Origin: an uncultured Chloroflexia bacterium
GTDB taxonomy: Bacteria; Chloroflexota; Anaerolineae; JAAYZQ01
Length of the DNA: 64,000 bases
Direction of reading: 5' to 3'
Assembly: GCA_963700285.1 (NCBI GenBank)
Contig: CAVOXA010000001.1
Coordinates: 1,024,001 to 1,088,000, forward strand
The stretch's first letter is position 1. Every line of letters begins with the position of its first letter. Shown here in pieces: positions 60,869 to 64,000 of this stretch. The notes below the pieces were generated by a model that did no database searches, had not been told where the DNA came from, and worked only from the letters and a program-made list of their open reading frames with translations. The position numbers were made by a program, and so were the translations under genes.

Positions 60869-61540
60869 GTGCTGCGCATTACACGTGATGTACTGTGGTT
60901 CAGAATTGTTGGTTCATATCTCCAGCACGACGTGTCGGTTGTTGCGCGTACTGTGTTGCTGCCTGCTACTTGCTGTCTACTGCTCGCTGGCTGTTCGTTT
61001 CCAGGCAGCGTCAAACCAACGGTCAAGATCGGCCTGTCGGCACCATTTGAAGGCTTGTACCGAGATCTAGGCTACGAGGCGTTGCATGCTGTCCGTCTGG
61101 CGGTGCAGCAGAGAAATGAGGCCGGCGGGGTAGGCGCGAGCTACTGGATCGAGTTGGTGGCCCTCAACGACCTTGCTGAGCCAGAGCAGGCCGTCATCCA
61201 GGCGCAAAAGATGGCGGTCGATTCTGATATTCTGGGTGTGTTGGGTGGGTGGTCCGATAAGACCGTCCACGCGGCGGCGCCCGAGTACGAAAGGTTGGGT
61301 CTGGCCTTCCTGACTCCGGCAGCCGACTCGGAAGGCTACCAACTTTCGCAGGCAGAGGATCAGGCATTCATGGATGCGTATCTGACGCTCTCTGGTGGCG
61401 CACCTCCAGGCGTCGTTGCGGGCTGGGCCTATGGGGCGACAAACCGCTTGTTGGATGCCTTGGATACAGCGACTCGATCCGAGGGGCGACCCTCCCGAGC
61501 CGGTGTCCAGAGGACACTGAATGCAGATCAAGGGCAATAG
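60869..61540 (+). CDS. Short lipoprotein related to branched-chain amino acid ABC substrate-binding proteins
   Basis: LLAGC lipobox, VKIGLSAPFEG, AVRLAV..RNEAGGV, ALNDLAEP, LGVLGGW; only ~200 aa; true start may be later. Confidence 0.7.
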   Translation: MLRITRDVLWFRIVGSYLQHDVSVVARTVLLPATCCLLLAGCSFPGSVKPTVKIGLSAPFEGLYRDLGYEALHAVRLAVQQRNEAGGVGASYWIELVALNDLAEPEQAVIQAQKMAVDSDILGVLGGWSDKTVHAAAPEYERLGLAFLTPAADSEGYQLSQAEDQAFMDAYLTLSGGAPPGVVAGWAYGATNRLLDALDTATRSEGRPSRAGVQRTLNADQGQ

Positions 61541-61553
61541 CTACTAGCGAGGG

Positions 61554-62756
61554 TTGAGCATGCGCATCTTGATGTTTTCTTGGGAGTATCCACCATACGT
61601 AGTTGGTGGGTTGGGCAAGCATGTTGAGGAACTTCTCCCATCCCTGGGCGACCTCCCCGGGGTGGAACTGCACCTCGTTACGCCTGCTTTGGGAGGCGGC
61701 GAGCCACTGGAACGGGTGGGCCGGGCCACGATTCACCGTGTTCCAGCTTCCGTCATTGGAGACGATTTCTACACCGGTACAAAAGACACCAACCTCCTTC
61801 TGGAGGCCTATGCCCAGCAGCTTTGGGAGGACGCGGGCCCTTTTGATCTGGTCCACGTTCATGATTGGCTGGTGGCATTTGTGGGCGTTGCGGTGAAGCG
61901 CCAGTACGAGGTTCCTCTGCTGAGTACGATCCATGCCACCGAGCGTGGGCGCGGACGCGGCTATCTGGCTAACGCCCAATCCCGGTCCATCGACCAGGCA
62001 GAGTGGTGGCTGGCCCACGAGTCCTGGCGCGTGATCGCTTGCAGCGAGTATATGGCCAGCGAGATCTCTGACTACTTTCAGTGCCCAATGGACAAGATCG
62101 ACGTTATCCCCAACGGCGTGGAGACGACGCGCTTTGACCTGCTGGAGGGCCAAGATTTCAGGCATTTCCGCACCAAGTACGCTCTGCCCTTCGAGGAGAT
62201 CATTTTCTATGTAGGGCGTGTGGTCTATGAGAAGGGCTTGCAGGTTCTCGTGCGCGCCCTGCCCATCGTTCTTGCCGAGCAGCCCTCAGCCAAGGTCGTC
62301 GTTGCTGGCAAGGGCCCGGAGCTGGAATCCCTCCAGGCGCTGGCCCTGCGCATGGGGGTGGGAGAGAAAGCGCTGTTCACTGGTTTCATCTCGGACGAGG
62401 ACCGGGATCGCCTTTTCAAGGTCGCTGACTGTGCCGTATTTCCCAGTTTGTACGAGCCCTTTGGCATTGTCGCCCTGGAGGCCATGGCAGCCAAGTGTCC
62501 TGTTGTTGTGACTGAGGTAGGTGGCCTGCAAGAGGTGGTTCGGCATGCAGATACCGGTATCACCGTCTATCCTGACGACCCCGGCTCGCTGGCCTGGGGC
62601 ATCCTGCATACGCTGCAGCATCCCCGGTGGTCGGCCGCCCGGGTGGAAAACGCCTATCGAGTTGTGCGCGAGGAGTTCAACTGGGAGCGCATCGCGAGCT
62701 TGACTCGCAATGTTTACCGGGAGGTCATTGCCGAGCGGACGATTTCGAACTGGTAA
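61554..62756 (+). CDS. Glycosyltransferase family 4 protein
   Basis: SWEYPPYVVGGLGKHV, HVHDW, TIHATE, VIPNGV, VGRVVYEKG, PSLYEPFGIVALEAM. Confidence 0.93.
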   Translation: MSMRILMFSWEYPPYVVGGLGKHVEELLPSLGDLPGVELHLVTPALGGGEPLERVGRATIHRVPASVIGDDFYTGTKDTNLLLEAYAQQLWEDAGPFDLVHVHDWLVAFVGVAVKRQYEVPLLSTIHATERGRGRGYLANAQSRSIDQAEWWLAHESWRVIACSEYMASEISDYFQCPMDKIDVIPNGVETTRFDLLEGQDFRHFRTKYALPFEEIIFYVGRVVYEKGLQVLVRALPIVLAEQPSAKVVVAGKGPELESLQALALRMGVGEKALFTGFISDEDRDRLFKVADCAVFPSLYEPFGIVALEAMAAKCPVVVTEVGGLQEVVRHADTGITVYPDDPGSLAWGILHTLQHPRWSAARVENAYRVVREEFNWERIASLTRNVYREVIAERTISNW

Positions 62757-62764
62757 AGCAGGGT

Positions 62765-64000
62765 TCAACCGACAATGCGGTGGATCAATGGTGGCGGCTC
62801 GACAGGTTCGTCGCTCCATCGGTAGGCTGCCAGCAGCCGCTGCCGCGCCCCTGCTACCTTTGCACAGTCGTTGGCATGGATGGTCAAGAGGGGATGGCCT
62901 TCTTTTACGCGACTGCCTATCTTTTTGTGGAGCACGACGCCGACAGCGTGGTCGACTTTGTCACTCTTCCTGGCGCGACCACCGCCCAGGAGCATGGAGG
63001 CCAGGCCTACTTCCAGGGCATCCAGTGCAGCCAAGTATCCGGAGCGGGGAGCTGCTACCTCCTGGATGCAGTTCGCAGCGGGCAACCTATCTGGCTCATC
63101 GAGGAAGGCCACCTCTCCCCCCTGGGCCGAGATCCAAGCTCGAAATTTGGCCATGGCTTGACCTCCGTCCAGTAATTGCTCCATGCGCTCGGTCGCTTCC
63201 GCTTCGTCACGGACCCGTCCCGTCATCATTAGCATTTGGCTGGCCATGACCAGGCAGTGTTGCCGAAAGTCAGCCGGCCCGCGAGCCTGAAGGGTGTCCA
63301 GCGCTTCTTTGACTTCAAGGGTGTTGCCCACAGTACACCCCAGGGGTTGGTTCATATCAGAGATGACGGCTCGCACCTTGCGTCCAACGCCGCGGCCAAT
63401 GTCGACCATAAGGTCGGCTAGATCGATGGCCTCCTGTTCGGTCTTCATAAATGCTCCGCGGCCTACCTTTACGTCGAGCACCACGCCGTTGGCCCCGGCC
63501 GCGATCTTTTTGCTCATGATTGAGCTGGAGATCAGGGATGGGCTTTGCACTGTAGCTGTCACATCACGGAGAGCATAGAGCTTGCCATCCGCGGGCGCCA
63601 GCTTTGCTGACTGGCCCGTGACTACGATACCTATGGAACCAAGCTGGCGACGAAACTCGACGGGGCTCAGGTCTGCCCGAAACCCGGGGATCGACTCGAG
63701 TTTGTCGAGAGTACCTCCAGTGAAGCCGAGGCCTCGGCCCGAGATCTTGCCAACATGCACGCCCGCCGCGGCCACCAGAGGGGCGACCACCAGTGTTGTC
63801 TTGTCGCCCACACCTCCCGTGGAATGCTTGTCGACGATAAAGCTGGCGATATCCCGCAGGTTCAGTTGCTCGCCAGAGCGAACAATGGCCATGGTCAGGT
63901 CGATCGTCTCCTGGCGATCCATGCCACGGAGGAGGACAGCCATCAGCCAGGCCGCCGCCTGGTAGTCCGGGATGGCGCCCTGGCAGAATCCCTGGACAAA
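62765..64000 (-). CDS. pdp: Pyrimidine-nucleoside (thymidine) phosphorylase; 5' end beyond the window
   Basis: PDYQAAAWLMA, VDKHSTGGVGDKT, SGRGLGFTGGTLDKLESIPG, LYALRDVTATV, SSIMSKK, DVKVGRGAFMK. Confidence 0.95.
   Translation of the reverse strand, partial: FVQGFCQGAIPDYQAAAWLMAVLLRGMDRQETIDLTMAIVRSGEQLNLRDIASFIVDKHSTGGVGDKTTLVVAPLVAAAGVHVGKISGRGLGFTGGTLDKLESIPGFRADLSPVEFRRQLGSIGIVVTGQSAKLAPADGKLYALRDVTATVQSPSLISSSIMSKKIAAGANGVVLDVKVGRGAFMKTEQEAIDLADLMVDIGRGVGRKVRAVISDMNQPLGCTVGNTLEVKEALDTLQARGPADFRQHCLVMASQMLMMTGRVRDEAEATERMEQLLDGGQAMAKFRAWISAQGGEVAFLDEPDRLPAANCIQEVAAPRSGYLAALDALEVGLASMLLGGGRARKSDKVDHAVGVVLHKKIGSRVKEGHPLLTIHANDCAKVAGARQRLLAAYRWSDEPVEPPPLIHRIVG

Overview
GC-rich bacterial chromosomal segment of about 52 genes, mostly housekeeping and metabolic. 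The gene complement suggests Chloroflexota/Anaerolineae (inference): alaS-FtsA-like-baseplateJ-like-ruvX-mltG order, Pro/Thr-rich lipoprotein, GT-C/ILEI membrane proteins, many apparently leaderless genes. I found no rRNA, tRNA, CRISPR array, prophage or intact IS. Two stretches (~27.2-32.0 kb and ~38.2-43.4 kb) carry dense single-base indels in conserved genes (amrS, prs, secA motor, ptb, vor, MBL hydrolase), most likely assembly or polishing errors. Most notable: (1) a ~2200-aa SecA whose wing-domain region is replaced by ~1350 aa including ~12 tandem ~62-65-aa helical repeats; (2) a UxxC selenocysteine glutaredoxin fused to a PDZ domain, missed by the ORF track, with a SECIS-like hairpin, in a bcp-ferredoxin-Grx/PDZ-HIT-Maf-mutM run; (3) a ~170-nt rod-like candidate ncRNA with its own sigma70 promoter containing a LexA-like box; (4) an FtsA-like ATPase next to a membrane-anchored baseplate-J-like protein; (5) a nitrilase-family protein lacking its catalytic Cys. 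All family calls come from motif recognition by eye; no database searches were run.
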